Shown here piece after piece: positions 51,299 through 61,167 of a stretch of 64,000 nucleotides of DNA (position 1 is the first letter of the stretch; the number at the start of each line of letters is the position of its first letter). The notes under the pieces were generated by a model. That model saw only the letters and a program-made list of their open reading frames with translations, had not been told where the DNA came from and made no database searches. Where the stretch lies: the NCBI GenBank assembly GCA_963663765.2, contig CAXXUA010000004.1, positions 800,001 through 864,000 of the forward strand, written 5' to 3'. This DNA is from Candidatus Poribacteria bacterium. GTDB lineage: Bacteria; Poribacteria; WGA-4E; WGA-3G. The position numbers and the translations under genes were made by a program.

Positions 51299-52063
51299 CT
51301 ACATCACCATGCCACCGTCTACCTGTAATGTTTGACCTGTGATATAATTTGCGGCATCAGAAGCCAAAAAGCAGACAAGGTCTGCTACATCGTCTGGTGT
51401 ACCAAAGTCTTGCATTGGGATAAATTCAAGAAGTTTTTTTTGATATTCTTCCGGTATTTGTGCTGTCATGTCTGTTGTAATAAATCCAGGAGCGATCGCA
51501 TTTACGGTAATTCCCCGCGTACCTACTTCTTTCGCAGTGGTTTTTGTTAAACCTATGATACCGGCTTTCGCTGCAGCATAACTGGCTTGTCCCGGATTCC
51601 CCATCAACCCAATAACCGATGATATATTGATAATACGTCCACTTTTCTGTCGTATCATAGGACGTAGAACAGCACGCGTACAATACATTGTACCTGTCAA
51701 GTTAGTCTGTAGCACCGCATCCCAATCTTCATCTTTGAGACGCATCAGCAACATGTCGCGCGTAATTCCAGCGTTGTTTACCAGTATATCAATTTGTGAG
51801 AAAACTGAAATTGCTTCTTCAACCAACATTTCAACATCTTCTTTTTTTGATATATCCGCAGCCAAAGCACGCACCGAATAACCTTTATCTTTCAATTCAT
51901 CTTCAGTTTGTGAAACACTTTCTGTGGACCGTGAGCAGATAACGACATTTGCACCAACTTCACACAATCTTCCGGCGATAGCAGCTCCAATACCTCGCGA
52001 TGCACCTGTTACAATCGCAGTTTTCCCATGTAACATATCATCAACAAAAACTTTCTTTTCCAT
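51299..52063 (-). CDS. fabG: 3-oxoacyl-ACP reductase
   Basis: TGASRGIG, NNAGITRD, YAAAK. Confidence 0.96.
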   Translation of the reverse strand: MEKKVFVDDMLHGKTAIVTGASRGIGAAIAGRLCEVGANVVICSRSTESVSQTEDELKDKGYSVRALAADISKKEDVEMLVEEAISVFSQIDILVNNAGITRDMLLMRLKDEDWDAVLQTNLTGTMYCTRAVLRPMIRQKSGRIINISSVIGLMGNPGQASYAAAKAGIIGLTKTTAKEVGTRGITVNAIAPGFITTDMTAQIPEEYQKKLLEFIPMQDFGTPDDVADLVCFLASDAANYITGQTLQVDGGMVM

Positions 52064-53002
52064 CTATTCTCCATTGCCAAAGGTATCTGTAACATGCGAT
52101 AGTGATTCAACATCATCAACGTTGTAGGTGCTACTTTCTGGGAGTGTCCGTTTAACTAAACTAGACAATACCTTACCCGGTCCTACTTCAATAAAATCCA
52201 TTATGCCTTGGTTTTCAATTGTGTTTAACGTTTTTTCCCATTGAACAGGTTTTGTTATTTGTTGAAACAGTAATTCCTTGATGTCCTTCAAATCAGTGAC
52301 TGTCTCACCTGTTACATTCATAACTATATCAATCTGAGGGGGATGAACAACGACAGTTTCAAGAACATCTTGAAACTTTTCCTGCGCAGATGACATCAAA
52401 GGAGAATGAAAAGCACCACTTACTGGTAAAGCACGACATCTTCTTGCACCAATTTCTGCCGAAGCAAGTGTGATTACATCGTCAACTGCGTCAACTCCTC
52501 CTGAAATTACCAACTGGCCAGGACAGTTGTAATTTGCAATTCCTACCACACCGTCAACTTTCTGACAGATATGCTCAAGTTGTTCAACGTCCATACCAAG
52601 TATAGCAGCCATGCTACCGTCATGTTCCTCACCTGCTTGAGCCATTAACTGAGCGCGTGCATTCACTAATCTTAACGCATCCCTAAACATAAGCACACCT
52701 GATGCTACAAGTGCGGAATACTCCCCTAAACTATGTCCGGCAACAATCTTCGGAATAATTCCCAATTGTGTAAGTATTTTCAGGGTCGCTATACTACTTG
52801 TCAATATAGCAAGTTGGGTGTTTTCTGTCTGTTTTAATGCTGCTTCTGGTCCCTCAAAACAGAGGCTGCTCAAAGATCTATTTAAAAAGTCATCTGCTGC
52901 ATCAAAAACGGCTTTAGCAACAGGATAACCTTGACTTAACGCTGCTCCCATCCCAACGGATTGAGAACCTTGTCCTGGAAAAATAAAGGCAATTTGTGTC
53001 AT
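52064..53002 (-). CDS. fabD: Malonyl-CoA:ACP transacylase
   Basis: FPGQGSQ, GHSLGEY, SGAFHS. Confidence 0.96.
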   Translation of the reverse strand: MTQIAFIFPGQGSQSVGMGAALSQGYPVAKAVFDAADDFLNRSLSSLCFEGPEAALKQTENTQLAILTSSIATLKILTQLGIIPKIVAGHSLGEYSALVASGVLMFRDALRLVNARAQLMAQAGEEHDGSMAAILGMDVEQLEHICQKVDGVVGIANYNCPGQLVISGGVDAVDDVITLASAEIGARRCRALPVSGAFHSPLMSSAQEKFQDVLETVVVHPPQIDIVMNVTGETVTDLKDIKELLFQQITKPVQWEKTLNTIENQGIMDFIEVGPGKVLSSLVKRTLPESSTYNVDDVESLSHVTDTFGNGE

Positions 53003-53992
53003 CTATAAACGTAATAGCGTACTACCCCAAGTCAAACCTGCACCAAATGTTACAAGCAAAATAAGATCACCAGGCTTCGCAGTACCATCCCGAATGGCTT
53101 CATCCAATGCAATGATTACCGTGGCTGCTGATGTATTCCCATACTTGTCAACATTCACATACACTTTTTCACGAGGTACTCCCAAACGATGTCCGACTGC
53201 TTCAATAATACGCAAGTTCGCTTGATGCGGGATTAACAAGTCAATTTCATCTACACTAACATCCGCTTTCTTTAATGCACGTTCTGCAGCTTCAGGCATC
53301 AGACGTACACCTAACTTGAAGACTTCACGACCATTCATCTGAATCTTGTTTAGACTTTGGTCTATTGCATCTGTGGTTATAGGCATTCTTGATCCACCAG
53401 CGGGGATACCCAGCAAATTAATATCTGCATAGTCCCCATCTGAACCAATATATGATGAAATTATCCCTTTTGGTTCTTCAGTCGCTTGTACAACTGCAGC
53501 ACCAGCACCATCGCCAAAAAGGACGCACGTGTTTCTATCTTGCCAATCAACTATGTTATTAAATACTTCACCACCAACAACCAGTATAGTATCATACTGA
53601 CCAGAGACAATCAATCCATTTGCCAAGTCAAGACCGTATAAGAATCCTGCACATGCTGCTGATATATCCATAGCAGCAGCATTTTTTGAGCCTATACCTT
53701 TTTGAACATAACATGCGGTTGAGGGAAATACTGTATCCGGGGTAACTGTCGCAACGAGAATCATCTGAATATCAAGTGGGTCAATTTGGGCATGTTTTAT
53801 TGCCAATCGTGATGCTTGCACACTAAGGTCTGAAGTCGCAATATCATTGTCAGCAATTCGTCGCTCAACAATACCTGTGCGTTGTTGTATCCATTCATCA
53901 CTCGTATTCACCATCTTTTCAAGATCATGATTGGTTAAAACGGTTTCGGGGAGATAAGAACCTGTTCCAGTGATTGCTGCATATCGATCCAT
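53003..53992 (-). CDS. fabH: Beta-ketoacyl-ACP synthase III
   Basis: AACAGF, FGDGAGA, PHQAN, GNTSAA. Confidence 0.96.
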   Translation of the reverse strand: MDRYAAITGTGSYLPETVLTNHDLEKMVNTSDEWIQQRTGIVERRIADNDIATSDLSVQASRLAIKHAQIDPLDIQMILVATVTPDTVFPSTACYVQKGIGSKNAAAMDISAACAGFLYGLDLANGLIVSGQYDTILVVGGEVFNNIVDWQDRNTCVLFGDGAGAAVVQATEEPKGIISSYIGSDGDYADINLLGIPAGGSRMPITTDAIDQSLNKIQMNGREVFKLGVRLMPEAAERALKKADVSVDEIDLLIPHQANLRIIEAVGHRLGVPREKVYVNVDKYGNTSAATVIIALDEAIRDGTAKPGDLILLVTFGAGLTWGSTLLRL

Positions 53993-54091
53993 GCTGAAGA
54001 ATCCTTTAATTTGCCGATTTCGCAAATTCATCACATCTGATAAATGTGTGTTATTGTAAATCAATGAGAAATGAAACGTTGAGGTATTTAC

Positions 54092-54277
54092 CTACGCTTC
54101 TTCTGTAGACTTAAACACCGACTGTCCTTTATAATGTCCGCAATGTTTGCAGACTCGGTGTGAAACCATTATTTCTCCACAATATGAGCAATCGGTAACT
54201 TCTTGACTCCGCAATGCATGATGACTTCTTCGCATTCTTTTTTTTGATTTTGATGTTTTACGCTTTGGATGTGCCAT
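54092..54277 (-). CDS. rpmF: 50S ribosomal protein L32 (Zn-ribbon form)
   Basis: [22 protein letters not shown]. Confidence 0.95.
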   Translation of the reverse strand: MAHPKRKTSKSKKRMRRSHHALRSQEVTDCSYCGEIMVSHRVCKHCGHYKGQSVFKSTEEA

Positions 54278-54881
54278 TTTGTGATTTTAACTCCTTACGT
54301 GTTTGTTGCTCTAATTTCTCGTCTGACTTTGCTGCATCTAACAATTGTGCCAAATCTGCAAAAGGTGAATGTGTATCATAATCCGTTTCTTCAACATCTT
54401 CAGTCACATCACAAATGCAGTCTTTATCATTCAAATTTGTTCCGCACACAGCACATAATCCCTCACATTCTTCAGTACAGAGGGACCATATAGGTATCTG
54501 GATTACTAATGCACGTCTTGTATCTTCAGATAAATCAATAGTCTCACCGTCATAGTAACGCTCTTCATCCTCCGAAGCAAATGCATCCTTATCTTCATCA
54601 TTGATATCAGGTGTGAATTGCACTTCAAAAAATGTCTCTATGTCCATTTGGAACATCTCAAGACATCTACCGCACTGCAACTCAATAACCGTGGAAACTT
54701 CAGCTTTGACGTAGATGCTTTCTTCGCTGTGTCTTAGCAATTCCACTGTGCAGAATACAGGACTAATAAACTGTACTTCCTCAAAATCCAGATCAATTCG
54801 TGCTGCGGCGACTTCCAATTCGTGCTTGTTAAAGACACCGTCCTGAATTTTTCTTGCGTCAAAAACCAACGTATTTTTCAT
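54258..54881 (-). CDS. yceD: DUF177/YceD family protein
   Basis: [24 protein letters not shown]; upstream of rpmF. Confidence 0.88.
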   Translation of the reverse strand: MKNTLVFDARKIQDGVFNKHELEVAAARIDLDFEEVQFISPVFCTVELLRHSEESIYVKAEVSTVIELQCGRCLEMFQMDIETFFEVQFTPDINDEDKDAFASEDEERYYDGETIDLSEDTRRALVIQIPIWSLCTEECEGLCAVCGTNLNDKDCICDVTEDVEETDYDTHSPFADLAQLLDAAKSDEKLEQQTRKELKSQNGTSKA

Positions 54882-54897
54882 CGTTTTGACTATAAGA

Positions 54898-56220
54898 TCA
54901 AAAATCTACTTCATCTTCAATTCTAATGAATTTCGCATCACCTTTAACAACATCAAGTCTATATATTTCAGAAAGCGCAACTTTCAAATCTCTTTCACGA
55001 GCTTGATGTGTTACCATTACTAAGGAAACTGTTTCTGTGCAGTGAGGTTCTTTTTGAATAACTGAGGAAACACTAATATTATTGTTTCCTAATATGCTGC
55101 CAATACTCGCTAAAACGCCAGGACGATCAATTACTACAAAACGAAGATAGTATCGTGTTCCTATGTCGTCAATAGGACAAACTCCTATTTCCGTTTTTGA
55201 TTCAGCAGACCATGCATGGGATATTGGTGAGCTTACGCCTCGTTGTATAGATTTAGCAGCATCAATAATGTCAGCAACAACCGCACTCGCAGTCGGCATC
55301 TCTCCAGCTCCCTGACCATAAAATAGTGTTGGACCAACTGCTGAACCAATCACACACACAGCATTATACGCTCCACCAACATTGGCTAATAAACTACGTT
55401 CAGAAAGTAGAGTCGGATGCACCCGAGCTTCAACACGATTGTCATCGGTTAACTTCGCAATAGCAAGCAGCTTAATCACATATCCAAGCTCACGCGCATA
55501 TTGTATCTCTTGCTGTGAAATATCTGTAATACCTTCAACATGGAACTGGTCTACAGAGATATTTACCCCATAAGCAAGGGCAATGAGAAGTGTAAGTTTC
55601 TGGGCAGCGTCAATCCCTTCAACATCAAGGGTTGGGTCTGCCTCTGCAAAACCTTTGTCTTGTGCAACTTTGAGTATCTCACCAAAATCTACACCACGTT
55701 CATGCATCTCTGTAAGCATGTAATTACATGTACCATTGACAATACCATAGATAGACTGAATTTGATTAGCAGTAAAACTCTCCTGTAAGGTTTTGATTAT
55801 CGGGATACCACCCGCAGTACTCGCTTCAAAATTGAGACTAACACGATGCTTTTGTGCTAACTGAAATAGTTCGCTACCATGTTCCGCTAATAAGGCTTTG
55901 TTTGCAGTTACAACGTGCTTACCATTTTTGATTGCACGTGAAATCAGTGAATGTGCTTCTGAAACACCACCAATCAACTCAACCACTATATCAATCTCAG
56001 GATTGTCAACAACGTCAGATGGGTCAGAGGTTAAACTATCTGATGGTAATTCTATACCTTCACGTTTTGCTGGAAGTGTTCGTTTAACAACCTTTTTAAG
56101 ACATAATTGGACACTACTGTTCTTGGATATGAGTGCATTCTGGTTAACCAAGATTTTGGAAACACCAGTACCCACAGTACCCCAACCTAAAATGCCAACA
56201 TTGATACACGATTTATCCAC
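54898..56220 (-). CDS. hom: Homoserine dehydrogenase with ACT domain
   Basis: GWGTVG, TANK, AGGIPII, NGTCN, EADPTLD, GQGAG, DRPGVLA. Confidence 0.95.
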   Translation of the reverse strand: MDKSCINVGILGWGTVGTGVSKILVNQNALISKNSSVQLCLKKVVKRTLPAKREGIELPSDSLTSDPSDVVDNPEIDIVVELIGGVSEAHSLISRAIKNGKHVVTANKALLAEHGSELFQLAQKHRVSLNFEASTAGGIPIIKTLQESFTANQIQSIYGIVNGTCNYMLTEMHERGVDFGEILKVAQDKGFAEADPTLDVEGIDAAQKLTLLIALAYGVNISVDQFHVEGITDISQQEIQYARELGYVIKLLAIAKLTDDNRVEARVHPTLLSERSLLANVGGAYNAVCVIGSAVGPTLFYGQGAGEMPTASAVVADIIDAAKSIQRGVSSPISHAWSAESKTEIGVCPIDDIGTRYYLRFVVIDRPGVLASIGSILGNNNISVSSVIQKEPHCTETVSLVMVTHQARERDLKVALSEIYRLDVVKGDAKFIRIEDEVDF

Positions 56221-56307
56221 GACTATAAATGCCTTTTTCTTAATGAACTATTTAACAAAATCGGTGCTGTGAATTGTCATAACAACCTACCACAACACAC
56301 AAAAACA

Positions 56308-56381
56308 TCGGGGCGACTGGATTCGAACCAGCGACCTCTTGAACCCCATTCAAGCGCGCTTCCGGGCTGCGCCACGCCCCG
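56308..56381 (-). tRNA. tRNA-Pro (GGG), CCA not encoded
   Basis: CGGGGCG acceptor stem, CTTGA-AT GGG GT-TCAAG anticodon arm, GGTTCGAATCC T-loop. Confidence 0.95.
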
Positions 56382-56442
56382 AAAAAAATGTAATTTTACC
56401 CTATTATATTACTACAATTAAGCAAAAATGTCAAGTTAAAAT

Positions 56443-56613
56443 GGGTGTGTAAAGTTTTTGGCTTATGCCTGAATCAGGATTATTAGGATTATCAAATTTA
56501 TAGGAGAAGAGCTTGGATCAACAAGGGACAATCCATGTCTCAGGCTTCAATCCTGGCAATCTGATAATCCTGAAAATCCTGGTTCAGACAAGTGAAAAAG
56601 CAATTCACACCCC
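56443..56613. mobile_element. Short ISKra4-type IR-bounded element containing a TGCCTGAATCAGGATT...AATCCTGGTTCAGACA inverted repeat
   Basis: Left GGGTGTGTAAAGTTTTTG, degenerate right end TTCACACCCC; no clear TSD. Confidence 0.55.
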
Positions 56614-56714
56614 AAAACAACCAAAAATCTTGATTTTTCAATATTGATAACGTATACTATTTATACAATCTATTGCATTTATTCTATAGTTATTATCATA
56701 AAAAAAGGCAGAGA

Positions 56715-59477
56715 ATGAAAGACTTCAAACAGGTATTAACAACACTCAGTCGTCCATTCCAGCAAGAGATACGCAAAGGCTGCAATGACGATGTTGTGGT
56801 AAACGGTATGGCGGCATATGTACAACTTTGGGTTGAAAATGGACACAAACTCAATCTCACATCCAATCAGACGAACTTTCTAAACCAAATCGCAGACCAT
56901 TTCAAAAACTATCCCAACATGACCCCAACTGAACGACAAAAAATTATTCAAGACACATCAAAACAGATTGATACAGCACTTTCTGGAAACGAAATTATCA
57001 ATGAATCAAAACAAATCAACACGAATACACAAACACCCCAATTTGGTAAGGATGAGGGATACAAAAAGTCTACACCTGCATCACAAAAACAGGTTGAGAA
57101 CTTACCACTATTCAAAGATTCTAATGTCAAAAATAAAACCATTCCAACTACTGATGATATACAGATACCTAAAAAACAACCCACAGAAAGACAAGATGTT
57201 CCTATTGACACATACGACTCTCCCTTTGATAAGACTAAAAAACAAAAGTATGTTGAAAACAAAAACGAGACCGATGAAATACCTGTAGTTATAGGGGACA
57301 CACCTGTATCCACTGAAATAGAAAAGCTTGATTTTTTGGGTAACCCTATACAATTTATTAAAGGTATCGGTCCCAGACGTGCTGAGGTAATTACTGAAGA
57401 AATTAGTATCCACTCTGTAGGTGGTCTGTTGGAATACTACCCACGCGATTACATTGACAGATCTAAGACAGTTGAAATCTACAATGTCGGTCGAACAGAG
57501 AATGGCGATCCAGAAACAATACAGGGTAGAGTAGTAAATCATGTAACTACACCACCAGTTGCAAAAGGTCGTAAGGCAATCGGTAAAGTTGCTATTTACG
57601 ATGGCACTGGGGTCGCTATATTAGTCAATTTCGGAAGACGTATCGGGTATATAAAGTCTATCCTTCCAACCGACACCGAAGTCGTAATTAGCGGTAAATT
57701 CACCAGACGATACAACGAAACACAAACAGCAGACTATGAGTTTGAAATCTTTGACGAAGAAAACCTTATCCACACAAAACGAATCGTCCCAAAGTACCCA
57801 CTGACTGCAAAACTAACAGCGAAGATGATTCGCACGGCAATACGAAACGCATTGGATGAATATGGGGACAAAATACCTGAAATCCTACCTCTCCAAATAC
57901 GCAAAAAGCATCAACTTATTGAGAAACAACAGGCAATTAACGAAATCCATTTTCCTACATCTGAAGCACATCGGCAGGCAGCACAGAAACGACTTGCTTT
58001 TGATGAGTTTTTCCTGTTGAGCCTTGGTATGGAGATGCGAAAAGACACTCGCACCTCACAAAACGGTATACAGTTTCAAATTGAGATTATACTCCAAGAT
58101 AATAACTCACTCCTCAGACAGTTTATTACGTCATTGCCATTTGAATTAACTAACGCACAAAAAAAGGTCTTCACAGAAATCAAGGAAGACATGCAATCTC
58201 ACCGTGTCATGAACAGACTGATACAAGGGGATGTCGGATCGGGTAAGACCGCAGTGGCAGCAATGGCACTATTATGTGCTATTCAAAACGGTTACCAAGG
58301 TGCAATGATGGTACCAACCGAAATTCTTGCTGAACAACATTATCAAAATCTATCTGCACTACTGGCACCCCTTGGTGTTAATGTGGTGATACTCAAAAGT
58401 GATTTACCGAAGTCTGAACGAGAACAAGCACTCACATCAATTTCCGATGGAAAAGCAAACCTAATCGTTGGCACACAAGCACTTATACAGGAGGGTGTGG
58501 ATTTCAACAAGCTTGGTCTCGTCATCATTGATGAACAACATCGGTTCGGTGTGATGCAACGGGCTACACTTATGGGCAAAGCAAATACATCTTCAAGTGC
58601 AAAAAGCAACAATACTGATTCCCAACTTGTTCCGGATGTACTGGTAATGACAGCAACTCCGATACCCAGAACCTTATCTTTGACAATCTATGGTGATCTC
58701 AACATTTCAGTGATTGACGAGTTACCCCCGGGAAGACAGAAGATTGAAACACGATGGGTAAAAGAGAAGGACAGAACAGAATTGTACGCAAAAATCAAGC
58801 AAGAAATTCGAAAAGGTAGACAAGCTTATATCGTATATCCACTTGTAGAGGAATCGGAGAAACTTGAGGAATTGAAAGCAGCAACGAGCATGGCTGAACA
58901 TATACAAAAAGATGTTTTTCCTAAGCTTCGTGTCGGTTTATTACACGGACAGATGAAATCCATAGAAAAACAGGAAATAATGAAACAATTTAACGCACAA
59001 CAACTGGATATTCTGGTCGCTACAACAGTCATTGAGGTGGGGATTGATGTGCCAAATGCAACATTGATGGTGATTGAAAACGCCGAAAGGTTTGGATTAG
59101 CGCAGCTGCATCAACTACGAGGGAGAGTCGGGAGAGGCAGCGATAAGTCTTACTGCTATCTGGTTGCAACACCAAGAACGGATGATTCTTATCGTCGTAT
59201 CAGGGTAATGGAACGTTCCAATAACGGATTTGACATAGCAGAAGAAGACCTTAACATCCGCGGTCCGGGTGAATTTTTCGGGACGAGACAATCGGGAATT
59301 CCCAAATTCAAAATTGCTAACATCATCAGCGATGCAACACTCTTGGAAACTGCAAAAAAAGAAGCAACCTTATTGATAAAAGACGACCCACAACTAAATG
59401 CACCTGAACACCAATTGATGAAACGTATGCTAAATGCACACTGGAAAGGACACTTGGAAATCGCTTCAGTCGGTTAA
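56715..59477 (+). CDS. recG: ATP-dependent DNA helicase RecG
   Basis: QGDVGSGKT, DEQHRFG, TATPIPR, QLRGRVGRG; long N-terminal extension. Confidence 0.96.
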   Translation: MKDFKQVLTTLSRPFQQEIRKGCNDDVVVNGMAAYVQLWVENGHKLNLTSNQTNFLNQIADHFKNYPNMTPTERQKIIQDTSKQIDTALSGNEIINESKQINTNTQTPQFGKDEGYKKSTPASQKQVENLPLFKDSNVKNKTIPTTDDIQIPKKQPTERQDVPIDTYDSPFDKTKKQKYVENKNETDEIPVVIGDTPVSTEIEKLDFLGNPIQFIKGIGPRRAEVITEEISIHSVGGLLEYYPRDYIDRSKTVEIYNVGRTENGDPETIQGRVVNHVTTPPVAKGRKAIGKVAIYDGTGVAILVNFGRRIGYIKSILPTDTEVVISGKFTRRYNETQTADYEFEIFDEENLIHTKRIVPKYPLTAKLTAKMIRTAIRNALDEYGDKIPEILPLQIRKKHQLIEKQQAINEIHFPTSEAHRQAAQKRLAFDEFFLLSLGMEMRKDTRTSQNGIQFQIEIILQDNNSLLRQFITSLPFELTNAQKKVFTEIKEDMQSHRVMNRLIQGDVGSGKTAVAAMALLCAIQNGYQGAMMVPTEILAEQHYQNLSALLAPLGVNVVILKSDLPKSEREQALTSISDGKANLIVGTQALIQEGVDFNKLGLVIIDEQHRFGVMQRATLMGKANTSSSAKSNNTDSQLVPDVLVMTATPIPRTLSLTIYGDLNISVIDELPPGRQKIETRWVKEKDRTELYAKIKQEIRKGRQAYIVYPLVEESEKLEELKAATSMAEHIQKDVFPKLRVGLLHGQMKSIEKQEIMKQFNAQQLDILVATTVIEVGIDVPNATLMVIENAERFGLAQLHQLRGRVGRGSDKSYCYLVATPRTDDSYRRIRVMERSNNGFDIAEEDLNIRGPGEFFGTRQSGIPKFKIANIISDATLLETAKKEATLLIKDDPQLNAPEHQLMKRMLNAHWKGHLEIASVG

Positions 59478-59515
59478 TCTATTCGCGGTAAGGCTGCACT
59501 GAACAGAATGTCGGA

Positions 59516-60208
59516 CTATTTCTCTTCCTTTAACCGATAACCAACACCGTAAACCGTTTCAATGTGTGCTCCCAAATCACCCAGTTTACGTCTGAGACGA
59601 CTTACATGCGTATCCACTGTCCTATCAATACCGTAATACTCCTGCCCCCAAATCACATCCATCAGGATATCGCGAGAGAAAACACGACCTGGTGAACGCG
59701 CAAACAGTGTGATAATTTTGAACTCTGTCGCAGTCAGTTCAATTGCACCATCTTCAGTCAAGACCTGATGTCTATCCAGATCAATTACAACCCCGTGTGT
59801 CTCTATCTGGTTTTCTTCATCTGGTTCGTTGCCAGCTTTCAGTCTTCGCAGCACTGCATTGATCCGTAGTACCACCTCGCGCGGACTAAAAGGTTTGGTA
59901 ATATAATCATCTGCACCGAGCTCAAGTCCAGTCACCCGATCACTCTCATCAGTCTTAGCCGTTAGCATCACTATAGGGATTTTTTTCGTGCGGGGGTCGT
60001 TCTTCAGCAGTCTACATACGATTAAACCATCCACTTCTGGCAGCATCAGGTCTAACAAAATAAGGTCGGGGGGATTATCTATTGCTTTTTGTAGTGCATC
60101 AGCACCATTTCGAACAGTATCTACTTCAAAGTCTTCCTGTTTCAGGTTATATTTCAACAACTCTACAATATCGCGTTCATCCTCTACAATCAATATTTTC
60201 GCTTCCAT
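59516..60208 (-). CDS. OmpR/PhoB-family response regulator
   Basis: IVEDE, LLDLMLP, GADDYITKPF, RTVDTHVSRLR, TVYGVGY. Confidence 0.92.
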   Translation of the reverse strand: MEAKILIVEDERDIVELLKYNLKQEDFEVDTVRNGADALQKAIDNPPDLILLDLMLPEVDGLIVCRLLKNDPRTKKIPIVMLTAKTDESDRVTGLELGADDYITKPFSPREVVLRINAVLRRLKAGNEPDEENQIETHGVVIDLDRHQVLTEDGAIELTATEFKIITLFARSPGRVFSRDILMDVIWGQEYYGIDRTVDTHVSRLRRKLGDLGAHIETVYGVGYRLKEEK

Positions 60209-60374
60209 CAGATTTCCTTGCATTTTGCGTTAAATATATAGGCTTAAAATCGTAAGAATCATGTGGTAACTTTTAAGATATTTTAACACATAAATGCTGA
60301 AAAAAATAGGAAATTAATTGCTGATTTGTATAATCTCTAATGATGAACGTTGGGCATACTTTTTGTTTCCTCCT

Positions 60375-61100
60375 TTATGGGGGTGTGAGACCTAAAAACT
60401 TGTATGGATCAACGCCCCCATCTTCGTAAGTTATGAGTTTGATGTCTGGTGGGATGTCTGCCTCGGTTAGAAAGTCATCTTCACCTCTATGTAACTTCGC
60501 TTCTCTGATAGCGTTCAAGCGAGCACCATCATCTGGATGACCTGTCGTTCCTGCAATATATCTATATTCGCCCATCGGTGTATTTTCTGTTTCCCATCGA
60601 ACATAGCAAATACCTTTAATAATTGGATATACCTTGCCATATTTCATACCAGCACCCTCCACGTCTATACCTTCCCAGCGTAGTTTTATCCGTACACGTT
60701 TGAGCAGTTCATGATTAGCAGATAAGTTATTCCATGTTCTCTCAGGAGTGCCTCGCCATCCAGGTGGTAAAGGTGGATAGGGACCAAATCCAAAAGGAGA
60801 AACAGGAACATCTGCGTCGGTATTATCCAGCTGATCTGCTGTTTGCGGCTTTTTCTCTTCTATATTCTCTGAAATAGCATTACTATCAACAACTTCATCA
60901 TTTGCAGATTCAACCATTTTGGGTGTATCTGCTTCTTTCTGAGCTGCTTCCAATTGACGACGCTTTTCAGCAGATTCATCTACCGCTTTTTTGTTAGGTG
61001 CAAGTTCATGATGAGACCAGAAAATGCCCCCAAATACAAAAACAATCAACACAACGCATGCACCAATAAACCACTTGTCGGTCAAAATTGAACGTAGCAT
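60375..61100 (-). CDS. Hypothetical membrane-anchored protein, family A copy 1
   Basis: N-terminal TM, VPVSPFGFGPYPPLP, GKVYPI, DPYKFLGLTPP; GGAGG RBS. Confidence 0.8.
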   Translation of the reverse strand: MLRSILTDKWFIGACVVLIVFVFGGIFWSHHELAPNKKAVDESAEKRRQLEAAQKEADTPKMVESANDEVVDSNAISENIEEKKPQTADQLDNTDADVPVSPFGFGPYPPLPPGWRGTPERTWNNLSANHELLKRVRIKLRWEGIDVEGAGMKYGKVYPIIKGICYVRWETENTPMGEYRYIAGTTGHPDDGARLNAIREAKLHRGEDDFLTEADIPPDIKLITYEDGGVDPYKFLGLTPP

Positions 61101-61113
61101 TTAGATAACCTCC

Positions 61114-61151
61114 AACACAGTGAGGTAACCATAAGGTTACCTCACTGTGTT
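61114..61151. promoter_or_regulatory. Perfect 17-bp hairpin abutting the RBS of family A copy 1
   Basis: AACACAGTGAGGTAACC-ATAA-GGTTACCTCACTGTGTT. Confidence 0.6.
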
Positions 61152-61167
61152 AAGACAGACTTGTATG

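Noticed and set aside
56308-56613. tRNA-anchored genomic island
   Set aside because: No integrase and no duplicated tRNA 3' end; flanked by housekeeping hom and recG.
60230-60300. Pho-box-like autoregulatory repeats upstream of the response regulator
   Set aside because: Only weak TTAA/TTAC matches in AT-rich DNA with inconsistent spacing.
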